This document shows positions 62,687 through 64,000 of a DNA stretch of 64,000 nt, piece by piece. A program made the position numbers and the translations under genes. Below the pieces are notes generated by a model. That model ran no database searches. It saw nothing but the letters and a program-made list of their open reading frames with translations, and was not told the DNA's origin. Positions within the stretch are counted from its first letter, which is position 1, and the number at the start of each line of letters is the position of its first letter. Source of the stretch: an uncultured Acidimicrobiales bacterium (lineage in GTDB: Bacteria > Actinomycetota > Acidimicrobiia > Acidimicrobiales > UBA10347); the NCBI GenBank assembly GCA_943788915.1, contig CALSSD010000007.1:1-64000 (forward strand). Direction: 5' to 3'.

Positions 62687-63265
62687 ATGCAAGCTCGCAC
62701 CGATGCCGTACATGCCGCGATGGATGACATCCGCCAGATCGAAGCCGACCTCGGCGTTACACGCGAAGGGGTTCAGGCGATCCGTGATCGTCTGGTTGAA
62801 CTGAGTTCACACCGGGACCTGTTTCCGCTCGAGGACTTCCCCAAGCCAGGGCCCGACGAGAAGACCACCAGCTTCATGTACCGGCTCGCGCAAGATGGCG
62901 ACGATCGTTTCGCGCTGTACGCCCAGTCCAGTCGTGGCCAGGTCGAGACTCCCGTGCACAACCACACCACCTGGGCGGTGGTCGTAGGCTTCGATGGCCA
63001 GGAACACAACCGGTTCTTCGAGCGCACCGACGAAGGCGTGAACCAGATCGACGATCACATGGTTCAGGCCGGCACGGGTGTTGCGATGCTTCCCGACGAC
63101 CTGCATTCGATCCACATCGACGGCCCCGCGTTGAACTTCCATTGCTACGGACTCGCACTCGAACGCCTCGACGAGCGCGAGTACTACAACCCGAAAGAAG
63201 ACAACTGGAAGATCTTCAGCAGCATCAGCGGCATCCGCGAAGCCCGCGACCTACAAAGCTGCTGA
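62687..63265 (+). CDS. Cysteine/thiol dioxygenase family cupin
   Basis: PVHNHTTWAVVVG, DDLHSIH and HCYG motifs; AGGAG RBS. Confidence 0.82.
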   Translation: MQARTDAVHAAMDDIRQIEADLGVTREGVQAIRDRLVELSSHRDLFPLEDFPKPGPDEKTTSFMYRLAQDGDDRFALYAQSSRGQVETPVHNHTTWAVVVGFDGQEHNRFFERTDEGVNQIDDHMVQAGTGVAMLPDDLHSIHIDGPALNFHCYGLALERLDEREYYNPKEDNWKIFSSISGIREARDLQSC

Positions 63266-64000
63266 TGACTGCCGTCATCTCTTCCGAGACCCTCACCGAG
63301 TGGATCCTCGACGGTCAGGAACTCGCCGTCCTCGATGCCCGCGAGCAGGGCGTCTACTTCGACTCGCACCTCTTTCATGCCGGATGTATTCCGCTGTCGT
63401 CACTTGAGCTGGTCATGCCTGGGCTCGTGCCCCGCCTGTCGACCCGCATCGTCTGGTGCGATGCTGGGCCCGACAGCGACGACCCCGAATTGGCCACCCG
63501 AGCTGCTGCCGTGGCTACCTCGCTCGGCTACACGAACTGCCACGTCCTCGAAGATGGCACTGCCGGATGGGCAGCACATGGCGGGGAACTCTACGCCGGT
63601 GTCAATGTGCCATCGAAGGCCTTCGGCGAGTACGTCGAACACACCTATGACACGCCACGTATGCCTGCCGCCGAGCTGAAAGCTCTGATCGACGCCGACG
63701 CCGACATGGTCATTCTCGACTCACGGCCGATGAACGAGTATCGCAACATGAGCATCCCAACCGGAGTCGACTGCCCCGGGGCCGAACTCGTGCATCGGGT
63801 GAAGGAGATGGCACCAGACTCCGACACGCTCGTCGTCGTCAACTGTGCCGGACGCACCCGCAGCATCATTGGGACCCAGTCGTTGATCAATGCCGGCATC
63901 GAGAACCGCGTGGTCGCACTGGAGAACGGCACTATGGGATGGGAACTCGCCGGTTACGAAGTTGCCCGTGGCCACGAGACGCATGCACCCGATCCGTCGG
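63265..64000 (+). CDS. Multi-domain rhodanese-related sulfurtransferase, 3' end outside window
   Basis: Manual translation from ATG 63265: ELAVLDAREQG, GVNVPSKAFGEYVEH, LDSRPMNEY...IP, VVNCAGRTRSIIG, NGTMGW. TGATG coupling. Confidence 0.88.
   Translation, partial: MTAVISSETLTEWILDGQELAVLDAREQGVYFDSHLFHAGCIPLSSLELVMPGLVPRLSTRIVWCDAGPDSDDPELATRAAAVATSLGYTNCHVLEDGTAGWAAHGGELYAGVNVPSKAFGEYVEHTYDTPRMPAAELKALIDADADMVILDSRPMNEYRNMSIPTGVDCPGAELVHRVKEMAPDSDTLVVVNCAGRTRSIIGTQSLINAGIENRVVALENGTMGWELAGYEVARGHETHAPDPS

Overview
GC-rich bacterial chromosomal segment. It is most likely actinobacterial, and Acidimicrobiia-like by inference: it has an actinobacterial-type cox cluster with a CutR box, several luciferase-like (LLM) oxidoreductases, many leaderless-type promoters and GCGAGGAACGAGC-type intergenic repeats. 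Contents in order: (1) an ABC-F ATPase with an apparent attenuator leader, acyl-CoA dehydrogenase, amidohydrolase-TauD, Lrp plus fused indolepyruvate:ferredoxin oxidoreductase, phosphotransferase, CMD, MFS and an HtrA-like protease; (2) a form I aerobic CO dehydrogenase cluster (coxMSL, xdhC, mocA-like, coxD, coxE) with divergent LysR/CutR; (3) a ~23 kb quaternary-amine region with betC, a vapBC module, betA, an uncharacterised three-gene operon, TauD/PhyH/HD oxygenases, a cryptic gamma-butyrobetaine-hydroxylase remnant, and a ProVWWX transporter with unusually long permeases; (4) M81 peptidase, azlCD, HNH nuclease, ADH-enolase pair, ECF sigma/anti-sigma, CoA transferase and cysteine dioxygenase-rhodanese. 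At least eight genes carry small frameshifts, probably long-read consensus errors. No rRNA, tRNA, CRISPR array or intact mobile element was recognised. All family calls come from motif recognition by eye, not database searches.
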